Shown here piece by piece: positions 21,482 to 31,757 of a stretch of 64,000 nucleotides of DNA. The stretch comes from an uncultured Chlamydiae bacterium (GTDB lineage: Bacteria > Chlamydiota > Chlamydiia > Chlamydiales > SM23-39). The notes beneath the pieces were generated by a model. The model saw only the letters and a list, made by a program, of their open reading frames with translations, was not told where the DNA came from and did not search any database. Location of the stretch: assembly GCA_903893545.1 (NCBI GenBank), contig CAITMJ010000009.1:299045-363044 (forward strand), written 5' to 3'. Each line of letters starts with the position of its first letter. The first letter of the stretch is position 1. The translations under genes and the position numbers were made by a program.

Positions 21482-23389
21482 CTATTTTGTTTTTTTTAAT
21501 CGCAATGGGTTAAACAGGCGGCCGCCTCCTTCAAAAGAGTAGTGGTACCATTCGAGGAAGTTCAAACGCAAGCCGTGAATGACTCCTCCCATGATAGAAA
21601 GGCTAATGTTTGTCAGATGTCCAAATAAAATAATGACGATGCCGCCAAGAAGCCCGGCGCTGACGCCAAGGCTGTTAAAGGTGCTTGCAACCATCATCCC
21701 CGCAAGCGCTAGGGCGTAGAGACGAATGTACGAAAGGACATCGCCGAAAATTTGGACGACGTTCATGAGTTCATGGAATGCGCCCCATTTCTTTTGGATA
21801 AGAGCAAAGACAAAAGCTAGGCCGATGCCGCCATAGAGCATCTGCTCTCCCCACGCATAAGCGACTGGTTTAGAAATGAGATCCATGAAGTTGACAATCG
21901 TTGTCGCGTTGAGCATTTTTGGGAAATAGAGATAGCCTCCCCACATGAAAAGAACCCATCCCCAACCCGACCAGTTCCGCTTGATATAGCGCAAGAAGGA
22001 AAGAGAGATGTGGATAATCCCCATAAGAAGGGAGATTTCCATGAGGATGTTGTCGTAAAATGTTTCCATGGCAGCATACTTCTTATCTGAAGACGCTTTG
22101 ACGAGGAAATTGTGCCCATCGGTTGCTGTGGCGACATCTGGGAATTCTTTGACGTATTCTTCATAGACGTCATCTTTTTCTCGCAAATGGTACTCGGCTT
22201 TTTTAGAAGCCATGGCATGGATGAAGGAAAATTTGCGATAGGGGTTCTCAGGTCCAATCTCAATGCCGAAAAAGGCGGCAGTAGCCATGCCCCATAAAAT
22301 GGTGGCTGAAGAGAGGATTAAGACGAGTTTGATAAAGCGGCGGCCCAACGCATGGGCGTCTTTGTACTTATGCTTACAGTAGAGGCCCATAAGAAGGTAG
22401 ATCAGCCCATATCCGGCGTCTGCGACGATCATCGCAAAGAAAAGAGAGAAAAAAACAACGACCCAGGTCGACGGATCTTTATCGGTATAGGCAGGGGCGT
22501 CGTAGACGTTCACGATGTCCTCCCCTATTTTCCCCACGGTTTTATTTTCCATGCAGGTGGGGATGTGATCGACCGATTCAATGGCAATCTCTTCGGTGCA
22601 AACTTCAAGACCGCTGACAAGGCCGAGAAGCGCTTTTATTTTTGTCTTCGGAATCCAGGCTTCGATGGCAAAGATCGAATGGTCGAGCAAGAATCCGGCA
22701 TCGTGCTTGGTCAATGTGAGGTGAAAATCGTTCAAGAGATCGGATAGGCCGCTTTGCAAAAAAGGAAGGGTATTTGAAAAGGAGCGGATATCGCTATCTA
22801 ATTGCGCAACTCTCTCTTCGACTTCATAGAGGCGGTGGTTGAGGTCTCCGACAGGCCTGTCGATGAGAATTTCGCTCATCTTAGGGTACTGTGTCCTTTC
22901 TTTATTGATCGCGACAAAGTAATCGAGGTCATATTCAGTCGCGATATAGATCACCTCAGGCGGCAAGGCAATTTTGTTGGGCAAATCGTGTTTCATGCAG
23001 AAAAATTGCAATGTGCGGAGCCCCTCTTTCCGAATCGTAGAGATATCTTCCATCGAGAACTGGCCAAACGGAGAGACTCTTGCGATCTCGGCGATGAGAA
23101 GTCGCCTTTCTTCGAGAAACTGCTCATGCATTGCGTTTAATTCGAGAATCTTCCCTGCGAGCTGGACAGGATCATTGGGGACAGGAGGGGCTTGAAGGGG
23201 GTGGATCTCGTGCTTCTTGGCGATTTTAATCGCAGCGAGCATAGTTTTAATGTCATCGGTCAGCTCGAGCGATTTTTTGTGAGAAAGTCCAATGAACTCT
23301 AAAAAGCCTGCTCTTTGGGAGAGTTCAAAGAAGCGGTCCATTTCTTTTTTTGCGCCGTAAATCAAGTACTTATGGACTTTGACAATCAT
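21482..23389 (-). CDS. atpI: V-type ATPase subunit I (membrane a-subunit)
   Basis: The 635-aa protein has a soluble N-terminal half and a multi-TM C-terminal half with SYIRLYALALA (conserved Arg). Its start overlaps the atpD stop by 4 nt. Confidence 0.85.
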   Translation of the reverse strand: MIVKVHKYLIYGAKKEMDRFFELSQRAGFLEFIGLSHKKSLELTDDIKTMLAAIKIAKKHEIHPLQAPPVPNDPVQLAGKILELNAMHEQFLEERRLLIAEIARVSPFGQFSMEDISTIRKEGLRTLQFFCMKHDLPNKIALPPEVIYIATEYDLDYFVAINKERTQYPKMSEILIDRPVGDLNHRLYEVEERVAQLDSDIRSFSNTLPFLQSGLSDLLNDFHLTLTKHDAGFLLDHSIFAIEAWIPKTKIKALLGLVSGLEVCTEEIAIESVDHIPTCMENKTVGKIGEDIVNVYDAPAYTDKDPSTWVVVFFSLFFAMIVADAGYGLIYLLMGLYCKHKYKDAHALGRRFIKLVLILSSATILWGMATAAFFGIEIGPENPYRKFSFIHAMASKKAEYHLREKDDVYEEYVKEFPDVATATDGHNFLVKASSDKKYAAMETFYDNILMEISLLMGIIHISLSFLRYIKRNWSGWGWVLFMWGGYLYFPKMLNATTIVNFMDLISKPVAYAWGEQMLYGGIGLAFVFALIQKKWGAFHELMNVVQIFGDVLSYIRLYALALAGMMVASTFNSLGVSAGLLGGIVIILFGHLTNISLSIMGGVIHGLRLNFLEWYHYSFEGGGRLFNPLRLKKTK

Positions 23390-23994
23390 TCGGCCATCTC
23401 TTTTTTCATTTTTGATTTTGCAACTTTTGCCTGGGCCACTGCGGCAAGCTGCTGATCGCCGAGAAAAACACGAATTTTTTTGATGTTTTCCTGCGAGCGC
23501 GGAATGAGGATTTTTTCAAAGAGGTTGACTCGGATCGATACTTCGCGAAGCTCTTTTTCTAAAGCTCGTCTTTTTTCCTCTGCAATGTTTACTTTTTCCC
23601 TGGCGATCACAAGGTCTCGAATGAGTTCTGTGGCCCTATCGACCCAAACAGGGGTGTCGTAGAGAAAATAATCGGACTCTTTAAAAACGACGTTCTCAAA
23701 AATTGGGATCTCGACGCCAGCGACATTTTCATAGTGCTTTTTGACATAGATCACTTCGGCGTATTGGACCACATCGCAGGCTGTTTTATCTGCAAGAAGT
23801 AGAGAAAAATGGGCGACGGTCTCTTTGGCGCTTCCAAACTTCTCTTTGAGCTGCGAGATCTCGGTAATCACCAAACTCACTTCGAACTGAAGCATTGCTT
23901 TTTTGAGTTGCAGTGTTGGCAAATACCGCTCAAATAGCGCGAGGCGCTTCTGTTGATCTCGCAGTTCATTTTTGGTCAGCTTTAAAGTAGCCAT
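23386..23994 (-). CDS. atpD: V-type ATPase subunit D
   Basis: The 202-aa coiled-coil protein has the N-terminus LKLTKNELRDQQKRLALFERYLPTLQLKK, typical of V/A-ATPase D. It sits between the B and I subunit genes. Confidence 0.85.
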   Translation of the reverse strand: MATLKLTKNELRDQQKRLALFERYLPTLQLKKAMLQFEVSLVITEISQLKEKFGSAKETVAHFSLLLADKTACDVVQYAEVIYVKKHYENVAGVEIPIFENVVFKESDYFLYDTPVWVDRATELIRDLVIAREKVNIAEEKRRALEKELREVSIRVNLFEKILIPRSQENIKKIRVFLGDQQLAAVAQAKVAKSKMKKEMAE

Positions 23995-25304
23995 TAGCCT
24001 TCACGTTCTTTTGGCCAATACTTATCTGAAATCGATTTTTTAATCCCAATTTCTTCGAGATCAAAGCATTCAGCGAGCGTATGCCAACCGAGGTCGAGGG
24101 CTTTATCGAGCGGCAAGTTGACCGATAGGCTCATCATCCTCTCTTCAAAGAGATAGGAATAGCGGAGGAGCTTTTCATCCCAGCGGGAGAGTTTAAAGCC
24201 CATCCCCTGCCGTTCACGCGCTTTTTTCGAGTCGGCGTAGAGACGAATCATCGCGTTGGCCAAATCTCCATGGTCTTCGCGGGTCACTTTTCCGATCACG
24301 AGCTGTTTTAAACGAGAAAGCGATCCAAAGGGGTCGATCTGTCCATTGATGAGGTAGTATTGCCCTTCCGTGATATAGCCGGTGTTGTCCGGAATCGGGT
24401 GGGTCACATCGCCGCCTGGCATCGTGGTGACAGCGATGATCGTAATCGCGCCGCTTCCATCGATATCAACTGCTTTTTCATAGCGAGATGCGAGATCTGA
24501 ATAGAGAGATCCCGGGTAGCCGCGGTTCGATGGGATTTGGTCCATCGTGATGGCGATCTCTTTGATCGCATCGGCAAAAGCGGTCATATCGGTCATGAGG
24601 ACGAGGACGTCTTTTCCATCGAGGGCAAATTTTTCCGCAACAGCTAACGCCATATCGGGGACAAGAAGGCATTCGACAGGAGGGTCGACCGCGCGGTGGA
24701 TAAACATGACCGTTTTTTCAATGGAGCCTGCTTTTTCAGCGTTGTCGATGAATGCCTGATAATCGTCGAATCGAAGGCCCATGCCAGCGATGATGACGAT
24801 ATCTGCATCGGTCTGGTTGGCGATCCTCATGAGGAGCTGATTGTATGGTTCTCCAGCGACAGAAAAGATCGGAATTTTCTGCGATTTGACGAGGCAGTTA
24901 AAGACATCGATCATCGGAATATTCGTTCGGACAAGCTCTCTTGGAATGATGCGCTTGACCGGATTAAAGGATGGATTGCCGATGGGCACTTCATCGCCTA
25001 AGATGTCAGGGCCGTCATCGATCGGAGCGCCAGTTCCATTAAGCCTTCGGCCTAAAAGAGAGTCGGAAAAGCTGGCCGCAATTTCTCGTCCTAAAAAAGT
25101 CACTTTATCGCCTGTAGAAAGGCCTCTTGTATTTTCAAAGACCTGCAAGGTGACAAGATCGTCGTCGAAGCGAAGGACAGAAGCGTAGGTCCAGGTGCCG
25201 TTTTTCTTCTGGATTCTGGCAACCTCTCCAAGGCTGACTCCTTGGGCTGCGACAGTGATCAAGTTGCCGCGGAGGTCAATAATTCGGTCATACACCTTAC
25301 GCAT
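23994..25304 (-). CDS. atpB: V-type ATPase subunit B
   Basis: The 436-aa protein has the non-catalytic alpha/beta fold. It shows [18 protein letters not shown] and [23 protein letters not shown]. Confidence 0.95.
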   Translation of the reverse strand: MRKVYDRIIDLRGNLITVAAQGVSLGEVARIQKKNGTWTYASVLRFDDDLVTLQVFENTRGLSTGDKVTFLGREIAASFSDSLLGRRLNGTGAPIDDGPDILGDEVPIGNPSFNPVKRIIPRELVRTNIPMIDVFNCLVKSQKIPIFSVAGEPYNQLLMRIANQTDADIVIIAGMGLRFDDYQAFIDNAEKAGSIEKTVMFIHRAVDPPVECLLVPDMALAVAEKFALDGKDVLVLMTDMTAFADAIKEIAITMDQIPSNRGYPGSLYSDLASRYEKAVDIDGSGAITIIAVTTMPGGDVTHPIPDNTGYITEGQYYLINGQIDPFGSLSRLKQLVIGKVTREDHGDLANAMIRLYADSKKARERQGMGFKLSRWDEKLLRYSYLFEERMMSLSVNLPLDKALDLGWHTLAECFDLEEIGIKKSISDKYWPKEREG

Positions 25305-27072
25305 GTACTTTACCCTCTTTCAAAGCGATTTTTTTCTGAATTTCCCGCAGCGCTTCTTTGTATTTCTCCGAAGCGTAAGGCAAGAAGTTGATGTTTTTTA
25401 ATTCGTTTTGCAAATTCAAAAAGAATGTGCGGGCTGCATCATGCGTGTCGAATTCAAAGCGCGTATCAAAGATCTTTTGGATGAGCGCAAACATCTCGAT
25501 TTGCCGATCGAGCGGCGAATAGGCGTCTTCTTTATCAAACGCATTTTGCTGCAAGTAGCAAAATTCATAGAGCTCGCCTTTAAGATAAGTGAGCATATCT
25601 TCAATGGCCACGCCCTCTTCTCCGACCACTTCCATCCGTTTGCCGATCTCATCGCTATCTTTTAAGATGAGCGCAGTTGCTCGAACTTTGTCTGCCCATC
25701 CCTTATATTTTGGATCCAAATCAACGCCCACTTCATTGAGATACTTAGTCCAGGAGATCAGCGGATCGATTGCGGGATAACGCCGCGCATCAGATCTTGC
25801 ACGAGAAAGACCGTGGAAGGCTCCGACGATGGCCAAAGAGGCTTGCGTCACCGGTTCTTCAAAGTTCCCACCTGCTGGGGAAACACTGCCCCCAATCGTT
25901 AGCGACCCAGTCTTGCCGTTTTTAAATTGGACTTCGCCTGCGCGCTCATAAAAAGCGGAAATCCGCGAAGGAAGATAGGCTGGGAACGCCTCTTCTCCGG
26001 GAATTTCTTCGAGGCGCCCCGACATTTCTCTCATTGCCTGGGCCCATCTAGAGGTGGAGTCTGCTAAGAGGAGAACATCGAGTCCCATCTGGCGGTAATA
26101 TTCGGCAATGGCCGCACCCATATACACAGAGGCTTCCCGCGCTGCGACAGGCATCGAAGAGGTGTTGCAGATCATCACAGTTCGCTGCATCAAAGGCTCA
26201 TTTGTATGGGGGTCGGTCAGTTCTGGGAAGGTGCGAAGCACTTCGACCACCTCGCCGGCTCTTTCGCCACAAGCGACGATGACGACGATATCGACGGCAG
26301 AATATTTCGATAAGTGGTGTTGCATCACCGTTTTGCCTGCGCCAAAAGGGCCTGGCGAGCAGAACGTTCCCCCTTTCAAGATAGGAAATTGGGTATCGAG
26401 GATCCGAAGTCCTGTATCCATCATCCGAGTAGGGCGAACTTTTCTCCCTTCGATGAGGGCATTTTTCACCGGCCAACGTTGGACCATCGTAAATTCTACA
26501 GCTCTCCCCTTCTCATCTTCTCCGCGGGCAACAACCGTATCGATGTTATAGGAGCCGGCTTTCGTAACCGAGGTGATCTTGACTTTGCCAAAAAAAGAGA
26601 GTGGAACCATGATTGTGTGAGAAAAACGCTCTTCAGGGACAGAACCCAGAGCATCTCCACGTTTAAGCACATCGCCTACTTTGGCGATCGGATGGAAATC
26701 CCAATGTTTTTTTCGATCGAGAGGTGCGATATAGACCCCTCTTGAGAGGTAGACGCCTGTCGCTTCGGCGACTTTTTGGAGCGGATTTTGCAGTCCATCA
26801 AAAATCATCGTCAAAAGGCCAGGACCTAACTCAGCTTCGAGCAAGTGGTCGGCAAATTCGACAGCCGTATTCAATTTTATGCCGCGGGTGTCTTCAAAGA
26901 CCTGGATCTTGGCGATCTGGCCTGCGATTTCAATGACTTCGGCAAGAAGCTCTACGCTTCCCACTTTTACCTTGGCCACTTCGCCCTGACGGATATTTCC
27001 ATCAAATCGAACGTGCAGGAGGTTAGAAAACGCTTCGACAACGCTTCCTGTAGCTTTTATTTTCTTATCCAT
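25297..27072 (-). CDS. atpA: V-type ATPase catalytic subunit A
   Basis: Walker A GPFGAGKT is present, along with [32 protein letters not shown]. The protein is 591 aa. Confidence 0.95.
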   Translation of the reverse strand: MDKKIKATGSVVEAFSNLLHVRFDGNIRQGEVAKVKVGSVELLAEVIEIAGQIAKIQVFEDTRGIKLNTAVEFADHLLEAELGPGLLTMIFDGLQNPLQKVAEATGVYLSRGVYIAPLDRKKHWDFHPIAKVGDVLKRGDALGSVPEERFSHTIMVPLSFFGKVKITSVTKAGSYNIDTVVARGEDEKGRAVEFTMVQRWPVKNALIEGRKVRPTRMMDTGLRILDTQFPILKGGTFCSPGPFGAGKTVMQHHLSKYSAVDIVVIVACGERAGEVVEVLRTFPELTDPHTNEPLMQRTVMICNTSSMPVAAREASVYMGAAIAEYYRQMGLDVLLLADSTSRWAQAMREMSGRLEEIPGEEAFPAYLPSRISAFYERAGEVQFKNGKTGSLTIGGSVSPAGGNFEEPVTQASLAIVGAFHGLSRARSDARRYPAIDPLISWTKYLNEVGVDLDPKYKGWADKVRATALILKDSDEIGKRMEVVGEEGVAIEDMLTYLKGELYEFCYLQQNAFDKEDAYSPLDRQIEMFALIQKIFDTRFEFDTHDAARTFFLNLQNELKNINFLPYASEKYKEALREIQKKIALKEGKVHA

Positions 27073-27844
27073 ATTTGCTCAAATCTTCTGTAGTGGCAAG
27101 CCCTTGGCTCTCATTTAGCATACTCCAAGATTCGACGATCATCAATCGAACTAAATATCCGAGGATTCGATCCATCGAGAAGTGCTCATTTTCTTCCATT
27201 TCTTCGACTCTTTTAAAGCGATATTCTAAAAGGGCCCGGTGGAGTTCTTTCGGCGTGCCTTTATTGCGTTGGTAGAGAATTTTTACCTCTTCATAATCAG
27301 AGGGGGGGACATATTCCGCAGCGTCTTTTTGCGCCAATATATCCATGACAAAAGGATCAGTTGGATCTTCGAACTGCAATTCGACTGCGACATTGCGATG
27401 GATTGTCTTTGCGCGAAGCGCCGTGAAAACAAGGCGAAGTTCCCGTTCCATCGTAAAATAGGTTTTCAAAAATCCACTGCCGAGCCGCTCCATCATATCG
27501 TTATAAAAAGCGACGTAGAGAAACGGAAAATAGCGGAGGCGATCTTGGGTCGACTCATACCGATCGAGAAAGTCGATCAAAAATTCAGGCAATCCTTCGC
27601 GAACAAGAAGCGCTTCCTCTAACTCTTTTGCGCTAAGGCGCCCTCGATTATCTAGAGGTAACCCCATCCAAAAAGCACGAATATTCGAAAGGTCGATCGA
27701 CCAGAGCAAATCATCGGCTCGTTCTAAATCCGCAGCCGAAACATTGAGAGTCAGGAGATCGTAGAGCTCTTTAAAAGAAAGCTCAGGTTTGGTTCCGATA
27801 GCAATAGGCGGCAGAGCCGTGCCAATGAAATAATACTCAGCCAT
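27065..27844 (-). CDS. Conserved V-ATPase-operon protein of unknown function (possible subunit C/d analogue)
   Basis: It is embedded between atpE and atpA, with an 8-nt overlap into atpA. This is the same slot as the hypothetical gene between atpA and atpE in Chlamydia (from memory). No motif was recognised. Confidence 0.6.
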   Translation of the reverse strand: MAEYYFIGTALPPIAIGTKPELSFKELYDLLTLNVSAADLERADDLLWSIDLSNIRAFWMGLPLDNRGRLSAKELEEALLVREGLPEFLIDFLDRYESTQDRLRYFPFLYVAFYNDMMERLGSGFLKTYFTMERELRLVFTALRAKTIHRNVAVELQFEDPTDPFVMDILAQKDAAEYVPPSDYEEVKILYQRNKGTPKELHRALLEYRFKRVEEMEENEHFSMDRILGYLVRLMIVESWSMLNESQGLATTEDLSKYG

Positions 27845-27847
27845 GCG

Positions 27848-28474
27848 CTATACCTGGAACAGAAGATCGCGGAAGTCGCGGCGTATATACGTGGCGATGA
27901 GTTCGCGGATAACCACATCTGAAATATCGATGGTCAGTTGCCGTCCCGTCATCTTGATTTGCACCCCTCCGTGAAAATCTCCGAGTTCGACCGATTGATT
28001 TTTCAATCGCTCTAAAATACTTTTCGCTAAAAGCGCATTGATCGAGCGAGCGGTAATCTCTTGTGGGATAAGGATTTCGAAGTCTTCTTCGATCCCCTGT
28101 TCTTCGAGTGAGCGCATAAAGCTTTCGATCAATTGGACGATGAGTTGTGGGCTGCTCGACTCTTTGATCACAAGGTCGGCCAGTTCTCGATTAAAAAACT
28201 CCTGTTCGACTTTTTGCTTTAAAAGTTCGATTCCCTGTCTGCAAGAAAGGTTTAAAGAAGACTCAAAGCGTCGTTTTTTCTCATCGATCTCGACATTTGC
28301 CGCTTGTTTTAAACGCTTGGCCTGCTCTTCCGCCTCTCGAATAATCTCAGAGGCCTGAAGGTGGGCGTTCTCGATAATTTCCCGAACCTCTTGTTTGACA
28401 GGTTCTAAGGTTTCCTTGCGAATCGTATCGCAGATCTTTTGGATTTTACCCTTGCCAGTCTCTAAATTTTTCAT
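27848..28474 (-). CDS. atpE: V-type ATPase subunit E
   Basis: It has a charged coiled-coil N-terminus (IREAEEQAKRLKQAANVEIDEKKRR) and a C-terminal globular part. The ATG at 28474 gives 208 aa, while the listed start at 28492 is a TTG. It is the first gene of the operon. Confidence 0.75.
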   Translation of the reverse strand: MKNLETGKGKIQKICDTIRKETLEPVKQEVREIIENAHLQASEIIREAEEQAKRLKQAANVEIDEKKRRFESSLNLSCRQGIELLKQKVEQEFFNRELADLVIKESSSPQLIVQLIESFMRSLEEQGIEEDFEILIPQEITARSINALLAKSILERLKNQSVELGDFHGGVQIKMTGRQLTIDISDVVIRELIATYIRRDFRDLLFQV

Positions 28475-28639
28475 CCTTATCGTCCTACTCAAACTTCCCC
28501 AGTTTACATCCCTGCGCTTTTTCGAGCCAGTTTCAAGTTGGGCCTAGACAAAAATTCAAGGAAAAAGATATCAGGGGAATTAAAACCTGGGCGTGCTACT
28601 TGCTCTCTCGGGAAAGTCCTTGAACCTTTGGAGAATGTT

Positions 28640-28843
28640 ATGAAAAAAATCACTGTTTTAGTAGCCATGGTTGCTATGCTCGGCAGCAATGCAGCATTTG
28701 CTCAATCGATGAATAACAAAAAACCACCATGCCCATCAGCTTCGAATGAGTTTGCTTGGGGCGTTGGCCTCTGCGGCTTAGCTGTACTCGGTGTTGTTGC
28801 TGGCTTAACTGCTAGCATGGCAAGCGGCTCTGCTTCGAACTAA
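28640..28843 (+). CDS. Small signal-peptide plus single C-terminal TM protein (family member 1 of 4)
   Basis: A GGAGA sits 6 nt upstream of the ATG at 28640. The signal peptide is MKKITVLVAMVAMLGSNAAFAQ. It is followed by the TM segment WGVGLCGLAVLGVVAGL and an S/G tail. Confidence 0.5.
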   Translation: MKKITVLVAMVAMLGSNAAFAQSMNNKKPPCPSASNEFAWGVGLCGLAVLGVVAGLTASMASGSASN

Positions 28844-28888
28844 CCCTTCGGGCCCCGGTCTTCCGGGGCCACTTTTCCCGGCGTTTTC

Positions 28889-29110
28889 ATGAAAAAATTT
28901 ATCTTTTTATCTTTGCTCGCAGCCCTCCCTTTGGTCTCACAGGAGTCTTCACTCCCCGAGTGGCCAGAGCCTGGAGAAGATGCGGCTCGATACACCACTC
29001 GCGACACCACCGCCCTTTCGATCATGGGTTGGGGAGTTGCCCTTGCAGTGGGTATCGTCTCTCTTGTCTGTCTGATCAAAAATCACCCCGCCCCATCTAC
29101 TACTAATTAA
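28889..29110 (+). CDS. Small signal-peptide plus single C-terminal TM protein (family member 2 of 4)
   Basis: The signal peptide is MKKFIFLSLLAALPLVSQ. The TM segment is MGWGVALAVGIVSLVCLI, followed by a P/S/T tail. Confidence 0.5.
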   Translation: MKKFIFLSLLAALPLVSQESSLPEWPEPGEDAARYTTRDTTALSIMGWGVALAVGIVSLVCLIKNHPAPSTTN

Positions 29111-29147
29111 ATTGCCAGAAAAAGACCGTATCATCTATCGGGAGGAT

Positions 29148-29573
29148 ATGGGAACAATAAGCCGCAGATTTCTGACCCTCTTGTTAATCTTTTCCATCGC
29201 ATCGCTCAAGGCCGAATCGACCGACGACGACCTCTACTCTCTTCCTCCGCCACCTCAAAGAAGCAACTGGAGGGCCTCTGCCTTTGCCGGATGCGCTTGC
29301 CTCGCAGTGGTCGGAGGGATCTTCGCCATTTGCTGGAGCGGCGGGGGAAGTTCTTCTAAGCCGCAAGAAAATTGTCACAAACACCATCCTTCAAATCCAT
29401 GCGATGTCATTTGCCCCAATAACGTTACAGCCGACTGCATGGCCGGCTCTTGCATTTATCACCATCAACCAGCCAATCAAAACGGCGGCTGCACGAATTG
29501 CAACAACAATTGTGAACTGATCAACAACCCCCCACCCTGCTGTGCCAATAACGGCGGAGTCCCCCCTTTTTAG
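29148..29573 (+). CDS. Small signal-peptide plus TM protein with Cys/His/Asn-rich tail (family member 3 of 4)
   Basis: A GGGAGGA lies just upstream of the ATG at 29148. The signal peptide is RRFLTLLLIFSIASLKA and the TM segment is SAFAGCACLAVVGGIFAICW. A ~70-aa tail follows, with 10 Cys plus several His. Confidence 0.5.
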   Translation: MGTISRRFLTLLLIFSIASLKAESTDDDLYSLPPPPQRSNWRASAFAGCACLAVVGGIFAICWSGGGSSSKPQENCHKHHPSNPCDVICPNNVTADCMAGSCIYHHQPANQNGGCTNCNNNCELINNPPPCCANNGGVPPF

Positions 29574-29582
29574 GAGAACACA

Positions 29583-29822
29583 ATGAGAAAGACGATTGCC
29601 CTTATTACAGCATTTAGCCTTTTGGCCTCCTCTTCTAGTTTTGCCCAAGATGACGCAGAAGATGATGAGCTCGTCCTCGCTCCTCCGAAAAAACCAGTCG
29701 CGAGCGAAATGCAAAACTGGCTGTTTGCAGGAGGCTCTGTGATCGCAGCCGCGATAGGCATCATTTTAGTCGCGCTCAACCCAGGTTCTTCTCCCGCATC
29801 TGGCCAAGAAACTCTTCCCTAA
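29583..29822 (+). CDS. Small signal-peptide plus single C-terminal TM protein (family member 4 of 4)
   Basis: A TAGGAGAA lies upstream of the ATG. The signal peptide is MRKTIALITAFSLLASSSSFAQ. The TM segment is NWLFAGGSVIAAAIGIILVAL, followed by a P/S/G tail. Confidence 0.5.
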   Translation: MRKTIALITAFSLLASSSSFAQDDAEDDELVLAPPKKPVASEMQNWLFAGGSVIAAAIGIILVALNPGSSPASGQETLP

Positions 29823-29853
29823 GCTATACTACTTTTAGACAAAGAGGCGTTTT

Positions 29854-30786
29854 GTGAACCAATTAGACCAGCTCAAAAAGATGACAACTGTCGTAGCGGA
29901 TAGCGGCGACTTTGAATCGATCAAAGCCTATAGTCCAACAGATGCAACGACAAACCCCTCTCTTATCTACGCCGCCAGCCAGCAGCCGCAATACAAACAC
30001 CTCTTGGATGAAGCCATCCGCTACGGCAAAGGAAAAATAGAGAACATCCTCGATAAGGTCTTTGTGAATTTTGGGCTTGAGATCCTCAAACTCATCCCCG
30101 GGCGCGTCTCTACAGAAGTGGACGCTCGCCTTTCTTTTGACATCGATGGGAGCATTTCCAAAGCAAAGCACCTCATTCAGCTCTATGAGTCGGCAGGCAT
30201 CGACCGAAAACGGATCCTCATCAAGCTCGCCTCTACCTGGGAAGGGGTCATGGCTGCCAAGCAACTCGAAAAGGAAGGGATCCACTGCAACATGACCCTT
30301 CTTTTTAGCCTGCCTCAAGCAATCGCGTGTGCAGAAGCAAAAGCAACCCTTATTTCCCCCTTTGTCGGCCGGATCCTCGACTGGTACAAAAAGGCAAATA
30401 ACGTCGCCTCCTACGCCCCAGAGCAAGATCCTGGAGTCAAGTCGGTCACCGAAATCTACCACTACTACAAAAAATTTGGCTTTAAAACAGTCATCATGGG
30501 CGCCTCCTTCCGCAATAAAGAGGAGATCCTAGAGCTGGCCGGTTGTGATCTTCTCACCATCGCCCCCTCCCTTCTCGAAGAGCTTAAAAAGAGCCAAGGT
30601 CCTGTCGACCGAAAGCTCGATCCCACAAAAATCCCCGCAGAGATCAAGAAAATCGCCGTGGACGAAAAGGCTTTCCGCTACCTTCTCAATGAGAATGCCA
30701 TGGCCACCGACAAGTTGGCCGAAGGGATCCGCAACTTCACAAAAGACCTCATCAAACTAGAAGCTTATATTCAAAAAATGATGTAA
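29854..30786 (+). CDS. tal: Transaldolase (TalB-type)
   Basis: The N-terminus is [35 protein letters not shown]. The active-site region is [11 protein letters not shown]. The protein is 310 aa with a GTG start. Confidence 0.95.
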   Translation: MNQLDQLKKMTTVVADSGDFESIKAYSPTDATTNPSLIYAASQQPQYKHLLDEAIRYGKGKIENILDKVFVNFGLEILKLIPGRVSTEVDARLSFDIDGSISKAKHLIQLYESAGIDRKRILIKLASTWEGVMAAKQLEKEGIHCNMTLLFSLPQAIACAEAKATLISPFVGRILDWYKKANNVASYAPEQDPGVKSVTEIYHYYKKFGFKTVIMGASFRNKEEILELAGCDLLTIAPSLLEELKKSQGPVDRKLDPTKIPAEIKKIAVDEKAFRYLLNENAMATDKLAEGIRNFTKDLIKLEAYIQKMM

Positions 30787-30938
30787 CAGAATAAAGTTTT
30801 TATTCATATTTACTTATATTCTTATATAATTTATAATTACAGCAATTATAATTATTACGCCAATGAACTAAGTTTTTTTGTTGACGAATTTTCAAAGAAA
30901 AGGCTTACTTAAGGCCCTAATTTTTACGGAGGTATAAC

Positions 30939-31676
30939 ATGACCAGTTCAATTACAGTTTATCCCAGTTGGCAAGAACTAAAGCTCGATGAATCCATTGA
31001 TCCTCAAACGACTAAAACACTCATCGAACAGTTCAGAAAGGAGCAAGCAACGCCGATTTTTTATCGAGAATTTACCTCTCAAAGCGAGTATGAAAAAGTG
31101 GCAGCCCTTTGCAAAGGAGAAAACACAGTTACCCCTTTCAGCTTTCGGTCTTTCTTTATTACAACAAGAACAAATAATTTTAAAAACTTTTGCGAAGACT
31201 TTTTTCTGCCTACGCTAATCCATGGCGCGCTAAAAATTGATGATCTATGTTTAAAAATATTCCTATCTGTAATCAGCATAATAATAGATGTTTACACATT
31301 TCCTATTCGGGTGATTACACTGATCCCTCGCGCTATTCATAATGCAGCACATCCTAAAGAGACCCACCTCTTCTATAAATATTTGCTAGAGCAGGACATT
31401 CCTGCAGATAAACTATCCGCCGACCATGTTGATGTAAAATTTATCGTAGCAACGGAGAGCATAAATATGGTTCGCAATGAAGTACAAGTAGACAACATCC
31501 ACCGTCAAATCCCGCTTAATTTTATCGAACTACCAAAACGAGATACGGTTTCAATCTCTTTCAGCATTAATGAAATTGATCAGATAAGCCACGAACCATC
31601 AACAGCAACCATCGAAGAAATGAGCGATAGCGAATCGGAGAGTAAAGATAAGCCACTAGCTTTACCCCTCGTTTGA
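30939..31676 (+). CDS. Hypothetical protein (orphan; central hydrophobic segment, acidic Ser-rich C-terminus)
   Basis: A GGAGG sits 8 nt upstream of the ATG. The hydrophobic stretch is LKIFLSVISIIIDVYTFPIRVITLIPRAI. The gene is AT-rich with a very AT-rich upstream region. No family was recognised. Confidence 0.5.
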   Translation: MTSSITVYPSWQELKLDESIDPQTTKTLIEQFRKEQATPIFYREFTSQSEYEKVAALCKGENTVTPFSFRSFFITTRTNNFKNFCEDFFLPTLIHGALKIDDLCLKIFLSVISIIIDVYTFPIRVITLIPRAIHNAAHPKETHLFYKYLLEQDIPADKLSADHVDVKFIVATESINMVRNEVQVDNIHRQIPLNFIELPKRDTVSISFSINEIDQISHEPSTATIEEMSDSESESKDKPLALPLV

Positions 31677-31757
31677 TATTGAAGAACTCCTTCTTGTTTG
31701 TTGTCTAAACAGCTGTTGCTACCCCTAAATAAAGGCCTCCGTACACGAAAAAATCAA

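Noticed and set aside
21817-22263. 148-aa same-strand alternative-frame ORF inside atpI
   Set aside because: It is fully nested in the well-supported subunit I gene in a different frame. It has no motif and is judged a frame artefact.
30881-30915. TTGACG hexamer upstream of the 30939 ORF, considered as a -35 element
   Set aside because: The best -10 candidate at 17-nt spacing (CTTACT) is a poor match to TATAAT. The region is so AT-rich that hexamer matches are not informative.
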